The notes under the pieces are model-generated. The model had not been told where the DNA came from. It worked only from the letters and a program-made list of their open reading frames with translations, and did no database searches. The position numbers and the translations under genes are program-made. A stretch of 64,000 nt of DNA from Chrysomallon squamiferum (lineage: Eukaryota; Animalia; Mollusca), in assembly GCA_012295275.1 (NCBI GenBank), contig CM022676.1, forward strand, positions 4,960,001-5,024,000, read 5' to 3'. Shown here piece by piece: positions 1-11,952 of the stretch; within the stretch, counting starts at the first letter, position 1; each line of letters starts with the position of its first letter.

Positions 1-188
1 TAAAACATAGACTGAAAGAGTTACTGATGTGAAAAACATGTTGGTATTTATTTTATTTTATTTTTTCATTGTAAATTTGATGTGATGCAAATCACTGTGG
101 CATTCAGTTTTAGGATCATTCAAAGGTTCACATTATCTTATAACTGACCTAAAATAACAACTGACAGGGTATTACATCAGATGGGTAT

Positions 189-222
<34 letters not shown>

Positions 223-1011
223 AATAAATAAATGAACTGAACTTCAATACCTTACATCTCAAAAACAAAACCGAAAAACCCACATTTTTTAACTTTCTAA
301 AAATGGATATTGTCAATTATTGTCCAGAATGTCAAGTTAATATTGTAGTAGATTTTACCATCTTAACAGTGGAATCCTCTTCCATGGAAAACCATTTTGT
401 GTAATATTTACCATTTTTTTGGTTTTCCTAATTTTTGTCATTTTGTTTGACTTTTTACAAGATTTCAACTGAAGTGCAAGATACTACAGAATCAGATTTC
501 TCTGTAATCATGGATTGTTTCCTCCACATGTCAAACATTCTGTTAGGTAATCTTTTTTTAATAAGCACTTTTCTTTCAGTGGATCCAGTTTGTCTATTTT
601 TAAAATTTGAAGTTTGACTTTTTCTGGCAAACATTCCCACAGATTTCTTAGTGAAACAAATCAAAGTAAGTCCTTATCTGAGGTGATGAAAACTAAAATA
701 GCTAAAATATTTTGTTCAAGTTTTTTTGTCTATATATATATATTTTAATTTAAGAAAGTTGAAAAATTTGTTTTGGAATTTTTTTTTTGTTATTTTTTTT
801 TTTGCCTTTTTTTTTTTTTTTTATATATTTTATTTATTTATTATTTTTTTTTTCTTTTTGCCTATGTAATGTATATTGGGTATAACAGAAAAGTAAACAA
901 ATTAAAACCTACAAAACAGTAATTTAAAAAAAAAATGACTTTATTCACTGAGTGCTGATAAACATTTTACATATAAATATTAAGTAATAATAATAATAAT
1001 AATAATAATAC

Positions 1012-1426
1012 CTTTCATAAGATCCTTGCGGACAACTTCGACTCTATCATTTCTATCATTTTCAGGATATTCTTCCATAGTATTAAAGTCAATGATGTAT
1101 TTCTGTCCTGATGCTTCTAGACTGACATACCATTGTTTGTCTCTATAAGCTTTCTCTATTATTCCATTCACACTCTTATCATATTCCACTTGGTTTGTTT
1201 GACCTTGTTGATCCACTTCAACATAAAACCACTGAACCATATTGGAAAGGATATTAGCCATGTCTTGTTCTGATTCTAAGCGATCAAACTCTCTGAGAAG
1301 TTTCTGAACAAGTTCATAAGCATTGTACACATCCACTTGTAGTCCCTCAATTGTAATCATATCTCCCTTTTCAGTGAACATTACTGTTACTGAAAAGTAA
1401 TCTTGAAGATCAAGTATTTTGTTCAT
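1012..1426 (-). CDS. PARP14-like exon: KH-like segment + WWE domain
   Basis: VQWFY...EYDKSVNGIIEKAY...YIIDFNTMEEY..VEVVRK is a WWE pattern. Acceptor tttcag at 1427, donor GT at 1011. Confidence 0.85.
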
Positions 1427-4400
1427 CTGAAAAAAAAAAAAAAAAAACCTGGTTTGTACCATGCAGCGAATCATCACACTTCACAAACCTGAAACAGTGT
1501 AAACAGTTCACCATTAGATATTGTAAACATTGTGATGTAGATAAACATGTTCACCATTAGACATTGTAAACTTTTATTAGGTAGACATTGTAAACATTTT
1601 TATGTAGATAATTAAATATGTTAATTGTAAATGTTGCGATGTAGATAATTAGACATTAGTCAAAGCAAACATTTTGGTATAGATAACTGAATAGGTTCAA
1701 CATGAGATATTGTAAACACTTGTGGTGTAGATAATTAAATATGTTCAACATGAGACGCTCTAATATTTGTATGTAGATAATTAAAAATGTTCAACGTGTC
1801 ACCCTCTAGCCATTTGTTTGTAGATAATTGATTAGGTTCAACATGAAACTGTAAACATTGTGGTGTAGATAATTAAATATGTTCATTTACAAAAACATTC
1901 TTTTAGAGGTTACATTATTCTGTAATAATCAACTGTTGTTTATTAAACAACTCAGTTGAATGGTGATGTGAAAACTTCATCTGCAGCGAATTCTTTTGAA
2001 ACAGTTTTACACTGTGTGGTAAAAAATATAAACTAAAATTTTCTATCAAGTTCCAATGAAAACTTCACCTGGCTTTTCTTCAAACGTTGTAAATTTTCAT
2101 CTACAACAATTTTCGTGATGATTTCTTCGTCACAGTAACTTTCAACTGCCTGAATGGATGCATCAATAGACAACAAGTTGTCAGAGAAGTAATGAAGTTG
2201 CATCTCAGAGCTGTTATCTTCTTTCTGCAGTTTTGAACCACTGCTAAAAAAATCTGTAATAAAGAGAGTTTCTGAATAATTATTGAAAAATACATAACTT
2301 ACTGTTACATTTAACACAAACTCTGCTTTTTATAAATAATATTTTCTCTTGATAACATAAACAGTTTACCAATACCAGTTATTGGTATACAACTGTTAAA
2401 TAATTTTACTTAAAATTAATGATGTGGCAAAAATACTTGGAATAAAGAATTCATTTAGTTTGTTAAGCATAAATTTAACATTTTAACATTACATCAGTTT
2501 CTCAGTGACAACAAAACAGATTATAAAAATGGGTTGTGATAATCAGTTGTATGTTTATAACAACGGTTGATCTTCTGTTTAACAGCAGTTTATTAAACAC
2601 AGCAGTCCAAATTCAAATTGCTAGGTTAGTGGAAAATATATTTGAAGATTATCGTTTGTTTTTATAATCATATTTTCTCAAATTTAATACTTTTTAAAAA
2701 TAAATTTATATAAAGTAACATTTCAATAAAATGACTGTATGTTTATCATATCGAAGGGAAAGTTCAATGAAATTAAAGATAATACTTATAAATATTTTAC
2801 CTCTGTCAACAATAGCTTTGGCTAAGCCACCAGTGTGATCCAGTTTCTCATTAGCTGCACTTACAATGACATCAACATTCATTTCAGTGATGTCCCCTTG
2901 AACAAAAAACAGTTGTCGCTGTCCTGGCATCATACAGTTTCCTACAATCTTCACATCTTTACCTGCAACAGCTGTAGTTTCCATCACATGCTTACTTCCA
3001 ACAGACATTTTTTCACTGCTGTCAAAGGATTTTTCAATAATGCATTTTTTTCAGATTTTTTCCAAACTGAATTTTTCTGAACTTTAAGAAATTCCAGGCC
3101 TCTTATGTGAAACATTTTGTGATTCACCTTATGAAATTTTTACTTCCATCCATTCCAAACCTGGTAGCATTTATGGTAAATGTTGTTTTAGAATAGCTAA
3201 TTCTTTAAGTTGTTTTAAATTTATTTTACTGATGTCTTCATCGCAAATTCTTCTAAACGCCTTTCATCGCTTTGCACAAAGATCCATTTTCAAACCTGGT
3301 AGCATTTATGATGTCGTCTGTAAATTTTCCTGCCCATTGAGCGACATGCACACCATGTTTTAGAATTTGTTAATCTGATTCAGGTTCAAGTTTGCTTTTC
3401 TCAACGACAGACTTTTGTTTTTGCCACGTGAAATTTGATCACTGTGATTTTGTTTTTTCTTTTTATTTTCTTTACAACGTCTTTCATTGCAATATTCCAG
3501 TGACTCTTGACAGTTTTTTACTTTGAAAATTCATACATTTCAACCTGCTCTGCAATTATTCCAACAAAAGATGCCTTTGGGTAAAATAGAAACTATTTTT
3601 TGCTTCATTTGAACAAAAATCATTGGGCTAAAAGCAAAGACTCTATTTTCCTCCACCGTTTTTATCACAGTTTTAACTTTTTCAGCCAGACTTTTACTTT
3701 GTCCTGCAAAACCAACTACAACGAGCTGCGATGAATCTTTGCAATCAAACAAACAAGCACCATCTATTTGACCAATATTCAGTTTTTGGTGAACCTCATC
3801 CCATATGCCTCGAGGAACATCCATTTCTTCAACCTTTAGTAATTTTAGATATTCTTTCAGTGCAGTTTCAACATTAGCAGACCATTTGAAAAAGAATCTT
3901 TGGACATCGCTCACTTGTTTTGTGGGAATACACTTAAGTAATACAGTGATATCGTCTCCCTTCACCCAGCTGAATTCTGAATGGAAAAACTTCTCAAAAA
4001 ATGTTCTTGCAAGTCTGTCTTCTTTTATTAAAGCTAATTTGTATTTATCTAGATTAGTTACGGTGATTGGATCAGGCTTCTTAACACGGGTTGGGTCATA
4101 CACCCCTCCTCCAGTTCCAAGACCTTCATGATAGATGGAAACATTCAAAGTGGCACCATCAAGCTTGTGACCTCCTGGATGCTGAAGAACCTGTTCAACC
4201 ACTGGAAATAAATAATAACTGATTCTTGTTTACTCTTTTTTTATATACATATACTCTCCTACTTGGCCAACTGACAGTGACTTGAAAAAAATTATAATTG
4301 CTTTTTTTTTAAATTAATTATTGTTGTTTATATATGAACAAAAATGATGTAGATTCATCACTTTTAAAAAAAGAAATTCTTGTGTTCATATATACCTGCA

Positions 4401-5874
4401 TTCACTGAACTAAACTCACATTTTCCTGTGATATTATTATGCTTATCTTGAGACAGGGTATTGATTAGAAACGTTTCAGCAATTTGTTAAAGACTTTAAA
4501 GATTTATATGTGTATTTAACCATGGATTCATGCGGTTAGTCTGACAACTTTGTTTTTAATAGTAATTTGCAAATTAAAATCAAATTAAAATGTTTGCTGT
4601 TTAAAGTCGTTTTATAAAATATAAATTTTCAAAATCTTCAGTCATTTCTAAAACTATTTAGAACATCAGTACATTATTTGAATAAAATAATGAACAGAAG
4701 AAAATGTTTGATTTAACTGAATGGTATTTAAAGTATACCAGACAGCAGCCATCGTCTGATTTCATTTGCACCTTCTCAACTTCAACATTATTTCCCTCAA
4801 AGTAGTACCAGATAGTCTTAAGACAACACTTACCTTATCCCCAGAAATATTAAAATTTCAAACCTATAGATAAGTATGTGTATGTGAGTGCATTTGTGTT
4901 TGCGTGTGTCTGTATGTGTGTTGTGTGTGTTTCACAATCTCTGCATTTCGTAGAAAGCCCCATATGCACAGTCAAATGCATTCAGACACCATGACTTCAA
5001 CTAACTCTTAACTTAATTGTAATTTCTTAAAGGAAGACAAAATGTTATTCAGTAAATATCCAACTGTCTTTTCCCAATTTTGTGTGAGGATTTCTCCACG
5101 ACATTAGCAACTGCTGAAACTTAATATTTTATTTCTTTTCACTTTACTAATAAGTAACTATATTTATATATTTAAAACACTGAGGTGCCCTATTAGTTGC
5201 AAGATGAGACTGTTTCTAGTACCAGAATAAAGTAATTAAAAACAAATTACAGTTGTAACAGGCATTAAATAGTTCTAAAGATTTCTGAAGTAATCAAAAT
5301 AAGGAAATGAGCAAATTAATTTGAGGTCACTACCCACATTTTACACAGAAAGATAAATGCATGTTTAATGCCAGTTTTGGCTATTTCATTTTCCATCATT
5401 AATCACGTAATGTGCTAAATTAACATTTTATCCAGAATTATACTGTAAATGAGGAATTAGCCTGGAATAAAATTTAAATATGTTTTACTCCCTTTCAGCA
5501 GTAATGTGATGTAAATAACACCATTAAACACCATTCTTACCTACTTTCAGAGTTAACAAATCCGATGTAAATAATTCATTAAACAGACGTTCTACTCACC
5601 TTCAGCATTAACAAATGTGATGTAAATAACATCATTTTTCCTTCTAAAATCAGCTATTTCTCCTCCACCCCTCCTGGGATTATCAAAGTAATATTCAATA
5701 CAATCATTACTTGTTTCTGGACTGAAACCTCGGACTTCAATTGTCTTAGATTCATCTCTATCATCTTGAGACAAACTGCTGTCAGTCATGTCTTCTGATT
5801 TCACTTCTGGCTCATAAACTGACTCTTCAGGCTCTGTCTTTTCTAATGCTTTTCACTCGTAATTCTGTCAACAG
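1012..5874 (-). CDS. PARP14: PARP14-like mono-ADP-ribosyltransferase gene (multi-exon, partial; apparently disrupted, possible pseudogene or mis-assembly)
   Basis: Exons in the order RRM-like, large linker/KH-like region, macro domain N-half and WWE domain, which is the PARP14/9/15 family architecture. The PARP catalytic exons would lie left of the window. Confidence 0.75.
1500..1890. repeat. Degenerate intronic tandem repeat (~40-60 bp)
   Basis: Recurrent tgtagataatt...atgttca...ttgtaaaca. Confidence 0.75.
2069..2253 (-). CDS. PARP14-like exon (pre-WWE linker)
   Basis: Open frame FFSSGSKLQKED...RLKKSQ with AG/GT ends, phase-compatible with the WWE exon. Confidence 0.65.
2801..3008 (-). CDS. 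PARP14-like: macro domain N-terminal half (3' end of the large exon)
   Basis: VQGDITEMNVDVIVSAANEKLDHTGGLAKAI matches the macro motif GDIT..VD.IVNAAN..L...GG. Donor at 2800. Confidence 0.85.
3540..4201 (-). CDS. PARP14-like: 5' part of the large exon (RRM end + KH-like region)
   Basis: 220-aa ORF VEQVLQHPGGHKLDGATLNVS.... Acceptor at 4202. The frame breaks down below ~3640. Confidence 0.7.
4717..4816 (-). pseudogene. RRM-like exon remnant of the PARP14-like gene
   Basis: Translates TIWYYFEGNNVEVEKVQMKSDDGCCLVYFKYHS, like the RRM at 5600-5874. The 5' half is missing and the phase-1 donor position reads TT instead of GT. Confidence 0.55.
5600..5874 (-). CDS. PARP14-like exon: acidic linker + RRM-like domain
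   Basis: KTIEVRGFSPETSNDCIEYYFDNPRRGGGEI...VIYITF is the RRM type seen in PARP14/PARP10/NMI. Acceptor at 5875, donor GTGAGT at 5599. Confidence 0.8.
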
Positions 5875-6485
5875 CTGAAATACATTAGTATAATTAATTG
5901 TTTCCATGTTAAAATTATTATTATTTGGCCAGAATATTTCTGAATGAAAAGAAAACACAGTTAACAAAGTTCATTGGTACATTTTCTCGACTTTCTTCAC
6001 TAACAACAAATAAATAGAAACAGTTTTACTATTAACAACAATAAAATCAATAATTCTTATTTTATATTAAAATATTCACTCCGAAAACAATTTCTTTGAT
6101 CAATATTACTGTCTGTTCCTTTTAATGCAAGGAATTTAAAATATTGACCTATCTTCTTGACATTCAGTAAATCTATATAATGATCAACTGTCACTCTCAG
6201 AACTATTTACAAATATCTATTACTGATAGCATCTTAGTTGCCTTAAATCACTCAACTTAAAACAGTTTGATTTACCTTCATTTTTGCTGTTCTCATAATT
6301 AATAATAAATATTATTTTTTATTTATTTATTTTATGTGTGCGTGTTTTTCTTTATTAATGAGAAGAAAAAAAGAGAGAATGTTTCTGAATAAAGAAATAA
6401 GACAAATACTGGTTCCAAAACAATTCCTTTGAATCTCACTTACCTGTGTAACATTTTACTTATTTTATTAATGAATAACTTCAAC

Positions 6486-6522
<37 letters not shown>

Positions 6523-6573
6523 CAACAACAACAAATTAAAACTATATGCTGATAACTGAAAATTGATAGTACA

Positions 6574-6605
<32 letters not shown>

Positions 6606-7410
6606 AATAAGAACAAATAAAATAATACTAATAACTGAAAAATGAAAGAAAATAAATAGATAAAAGGTTTAACATACAACTATGTTGTCTTGCCTAAGAC
6701 ACATACACACAGAGAGACACACAGACATACAAAACAGAAACAAACTCAATCACACACATTAACTGACATGTCTTGTTCTTTGTCAGACAGATCAATGTTA
6801 CTAAATGACATAAAATTGTTAGCTTCTGACAGGGTCCCGTGTTCATTTAAAACTTAAGTACAGAAAATTAGGGAACCCTGATCTTGGGAGATATGTTCAT
6901 CTCTGAATCTGCTGAAGTCCCTGGCAGTTTGTAAATAGGAAACATGACAATGTCATTTCACTTAATTTGAAAAACTTTTTCTGATGATTATACATCTGCA
7001 AACAAACACAAAACATTTACATGTTCATAGATTACTTACGTCTAAAGCAGTTAGTTATAACAAGTAGGTGTACCTGTTATAGTCTTTGTTTCTCTTACAA
7101 ATATATTACAGCAACCATATAAAAAAAAAAAAAAATAAATGAACACAATTATATACCATAAAAATTGAAATTGCTCGATATCTGACTGTCATAAGCTGCT
7201 TACGTAATCTGTAAATAATTAATGTACGTGTTTGATAATTCAGTTTCATCATTCACCTGTATACAGTTTGTTTATTGAAGATTTTCAGATTAACTAACTG
7301 AATATATGGAAAATAATTTACAGGAAAATTATTTAATATGTATTACTTGATTACTTATTTGTGAAATAATTGTTTCGAAATTATTTTGTTATATCAGCTT
7401 TTTTGATAAA

Positions 7411-7488
<78 letters not shown>

Positions 7489-7704
7489 ATGAGTTATCGT
7501 CAGAATAACACATTGTAGCAAAATATGTATTCAAACATCTACTCAGAAAAGTTGATTTAAAACTGCAACAGTTTAAGTTTATCGTAACATCATACTAAAA
7601 TATAGTTACTTTTTATTCTTCTTGAGCAAATATACAGGTACTAGAAAGACAATGTAAAATTCCACTTAACTTCTGTTTCAAGAAACTTAGCCATCCAAAT
7701 TAAT

Positions 7705-7720
7705 GAAACCGAAAGTGAAA
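7705..7720. promoter_or_regulatory. ISRE/IRF-type element, copy 1
   Basis: GAAACCGAAAGTGAAA: three GAAA cores at 2-nt spacing. Confidence 0.6.
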
Positions 7721-8294
7721 AATTTCCGCCATCTCTTCCTCGTAAACGTACGAGTAATGAAAAGACGTTTTTTTTCTCTTTTTTTCTGGATAAAAACAAT
7801 TCACGTGATTTAGAAATTCTACTGATATTTATGTTGCATTTATAAGTAACTTTGTGTACCAGTCAGTGTATAAAACTAGTTAGAGCAGCGGTATTCGTAA
7901 ACACCGTGTAGAAAGTTTTCTAATAGTTAAATATCAAAGGCAATAAATGCACATTCGATACCCTGAACATGTACTGTTTCTACAAATACAGCTTCATACC
8001 AATTACATTTGTATTAACACACAATAATTTAATTTCAAACGTAAAAATAACTCATGTATTTATAATCTGTTTAAATTATAACCAATACATTAATATACAA
8101 ATGCAATATGCAGTGATTACTATAGTTTATTATTTAACAATTATTTAATAATAATAATAATAATAAAAAGAAATAATTTCTAAAATTTAAAGACTTATTA
8201 GTGATTAGAAAAACAATGTAAAATTCCACTTACGTTATGTTTCAAACGTCTTATCGATCCAAATTAATGAAAACGCAGAAGAAATTAAATTAAC

Positions 8295-8320
8295 GAAACC
8301 GAAACTGAAACTTTCCCGCC
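8295..8320. promoter_or_regulatory. ISRE/IRF-type element, copy 2, with adjacent E2F-like TTTCCCGCC
   Basis: GAAACCGAAACTGAAA at 8295-8310 (minus strand AGTTTCAGTTTCGGTTTC). A minus-strand GTAAGT donor lies at 8228-8233. Confidence 0.65.
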
Positions 8321-9301
8321 TTCTCTTCCTGATATGAGTAATGATCGTTTTTCAGGAATTGACTTTTTTTATTGGATAAAAACAATTCACATAACTTCTT
8401 AGAAAATCTATTGATATTTAGCTGTACGGTGCGGGTATAAGCAACTTTGTGTGCCAGTCAGTGTATAAAACTAGTTAAATCAGCGGTTTTCGAAAACTTT
8501 GTGTAGAGATCATTTTAATATTAAATATCAAAGGCAATACATACACATTTGATAAATGTATGTTCAACATGTACTGTTTCTTCAAATACAGCTTCATACC
8601 AATTAAATTTGTATTAACAGACAATAATTTAATTTCAAACGTAAAATATCTCGTGTATTTTTAATCTGTTTAAATTATAACACTAGCTTATATTTTTTGT
8701 TTCTCTTACAAATATATTACAGGAACAATAAAAAAGAAACAACATGAAGAATAATTACGTACCATAAAAATTGAAATTCCTCGACATTTGATTGTTAAAT
8801 AAGTTACTTAATCTGTAAATATGTTTGATATTTCAGTTTCTTCATTCTCCTGTATACAGTTTGTTTGATGAAGATTTTCAAATTCACTAACTCTGAATAT
8901 ACGGAAAATAATTCACAGACAGGAAAATTATTTATATATGTATTAATTAATTTCTTATTCGTGAAGTAATTCTTTAGAAACTATTTTGTTATATCTGCTT
9001 TTTCTATAAAAGTATTATTATTATTATTATTGTTATTGTTATTATATGAGTTATAGTCAGAATAACACATTGTAGCAAAATATTTATTCAAACATCTACT
9101 GAGAAATGTTGATTTAAAACTGCAACAGTCTAAGTTTAGCGAAATATCATATAAAATTAAAATAAATTATAGTTACTTTTTAACCTTGTTGAGGCAGACC
9201 TATTAGAGATAAAAAAAAAACAATGTAAAATTTCACTTACGTTATGTTTCAAACGTCTTATCGATCCAAATTAGTGAAAACGCAGAAGAAATTAAATTAA
9301 C

Positions 9302-9327
9302 GAAACCGAAACTGAAACTTTCCCGCC
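9302..9327. promoter_or_regulatory. ISRE/IRF-type element, copy 3, with adjacent E2F-like TTTCCCGCC
   Basis: GAAACCGAAACTGAAA at 9302-9317. A minus-strand GTAAGT donor lies at 9235-9240. Confidence 0.65.
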
Positions 9328-9583
9328 TTCTCTTCCTGGTATGACTAATGATCGTTTTTCAGGAATTGACTTTTTTTTATTGGATAAAAGACCTCTTAGA
9401 AAATCTATTGATATTTAGCTGTATGGTGCGGGTATAAGCAACTTTTGTGTGCCAGTCTGTGTATAAAACTAGTTAAATCAGCGGTTTTCGTAAAATTTGT
9501 GTAGAGGTCATTTTAATATTAAATATCAAATGCACATTTGATAAATGTATGCTCAACATGTACTGTTTCTTCAAATACAGCTT

Positions 9584-9620
<37 letters not shown>

Positions 9621-10484
9621 GGAAATAATTTGTAATATTTAAAGTATAATTTTTTGGAATTTCATAGATGTATGGAAATTTGGTACTACTGATTTTCTCT
9701 CAATTGATATATTAGAAATCATCGGCTTGGAAAGTTACGTTAGAAATCCATTTACCCGATATGGAATCTCCAGCGAAACGTCAGCGACACGAAACAAATT
9801 AAGACAACAAAATTCTCAAATTCAGCGTCCATTATTAACACGAAACAAAACTTGACACCGACGCGTAATGTAGTTTCAGTCCACGGAGCAATTTGTTTCG
9901 TCTCTGAAATAAAATGGACTTGTCTGTGTAAACACACACGAATATTCCCTTATCAACACATTTTGTAAAGATATCCAGTGTTATGAATTCAAAATAGCAG
10001 AATTTCATTGGCGCTCTTTTTATCGTGTCGGTGGCGTTTCGGTGGTATCGGGTAGATGGATTTCCCGCCATACATCTGCATCAGAGAACAGGCATACTCA
10101 GCTGCTTTACAGAATTTGGACCACAATTGCATTTGAAAATGGACAATGCAGTAGAAGTGTTAATGATTAACACTTTTCTTTCGAAACTCCTCATTGCAGT
10201 GAAGGGCAATACAAAATACAGCACATAAAGGCGCAGTAATGCTGTTTCGTTTCATCATAAAGATTTCACAGACTTGACTATTCACTTATCTCCAGATTTT
10301 GTAAAGATGTTCAATGTACATAATGACAGCAGAAATCAAAAATAAACAAACAAAGAAAAGAAAAGTATTTGAAAAAAAGAAAAAAAAAAAATAAAAATAG
10401 CAATGTCGAAATATAACCAAAACAATTACATTGCACATATACTTTCATATATTTAATTTTTATTTATTTATTTATTTTACTTTT

Positions 10485-10520
<36 letters not shown>

Positions 10521-11952
10521 TTAGTATTGAATGTTTGTGTAGTGTTGGTAGTATGGCCGTGATTGTGGTACTCACTAGTAATGGTAAAACATAAGAAAAA
10601 TTTTTATTTTATGATTGCTTTATTAAAAAAATTATAATACGAATAAATGGTAGTATTTTCTGTAAATGAATAAAAAAAAATAAAAAAAAATAATAATAAT
10701 AATAATATTTATATTAATGTAAAATATTTTCATCTTTACCTTTGGCTTTTAATAACATGGATGACCTATCAGCAAATTAAAACAGTTAAATATGTCTTAA
10801 ATATCACAGATAATTTAATTCGGAAATAAAATGCAATAAAGCATGTATCAACGCAGATTTATTTCCCTTATACGTGAATTTAACAATTATAAAACGATGT
10901 GAAAAAAAAAACCAACAAAATAACCCCTCTCTTTACCTGTTATTATGCATCACCAAATCAATCTCTCTTTTGTTTGTACTGATGGTTCTTGATTTCTTCA
11001 TAGTTAGAATGTATTTATATATTAATACTCTATTCATTGGTGAATTAATTTTTCGGATCTAATATAACAAACAATTCACTGTAATAATAACAATGATATG
11101 AGCAACAGATCAGTAAGAAAACAAGACCTTTACATAAAGTATTGTTTAAATTTTACATTATTACATAAAGTATTGTTAAAACCATGAACATTAAATAAAG
11201 CATTGTCTAAATATTGCATATTGTTTACATTTTACATAAACATTAAATAAAGCATTATTTAGATTTTACATGAACATTAAAGTATTGTTTAAAGTTTAAA
11301 TAATCATTGTACATACACAAGCACATATATTACCTCAAATCCAACATGAATATTTCATTAAAAATACCCAAACATTAACCAAATGTATATAAATAATACA
11401 TACTACTCAATAACTGAAGAAATATTATATGATGTTTTCTAAACATAACTCAAAAATTAGCTAAACACAAACATTTCTTAGATAATTGCAAGCATAAACG
11501 TAAATACATTACACATAAATAATTAAGTTAAAAGTAAAACCCAAAATAAAAAATTAAAGGGAAAAAAAAACATTTTATTATTTCTTAACACAGAAATCGT
11601 GCAACCTGTATATTTTGTACACAAGTGAAAACGTAACAAATTAAATCCGATTATATATGCGATATCAGTAGACGTGAAATGTCTCTTCAAACATTATATT
11701 AAATGAAACTATCACAAATTAAAACAGATCAGTGTCTTCGTGTTTTTTTTTTTTTTTTTCCTTTTCCATAAAGTATAATTTTTATTTATTTATTTTTTAT
11801 ATTATATATTTTAATTATACATATATATATATAAAAAATTTGTTGATGTTATTTATTTTTATATTTTTCAGATTTAAATCAAATATTTTGCTGTGTTTTT
11901 TCTTCTTATTATTATTATTGTTATTTTTGGTCAAACATTAAAAATACATTTT

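Larger units (their letters stand above)
7086..9583. repeat. Local segmental duplication in A-B-B-A-B order (putative promoter block)
   Basis: A: ~7086-7620 matches ~8698-9182. B: ~7651-8081 matches ~8215-8681 and ~9222-9583. The copies align by eye with scattered differences. Confidence 0.9.

Noticed and set aside
435-664. Short ORFs as possible PARP catalytic exon
   Set aside because: No PARP motifs (e.g. LFHGT, YGxGxYF) and no convincing splice sites.
6790-6995. Possible upstream PARP14-like exon after an acceptor-like site at 6996
   Set aside because: Stops occur in all three frames and there is no recognisable domain; it could be UTR or a decayed exon but cannot be supported.
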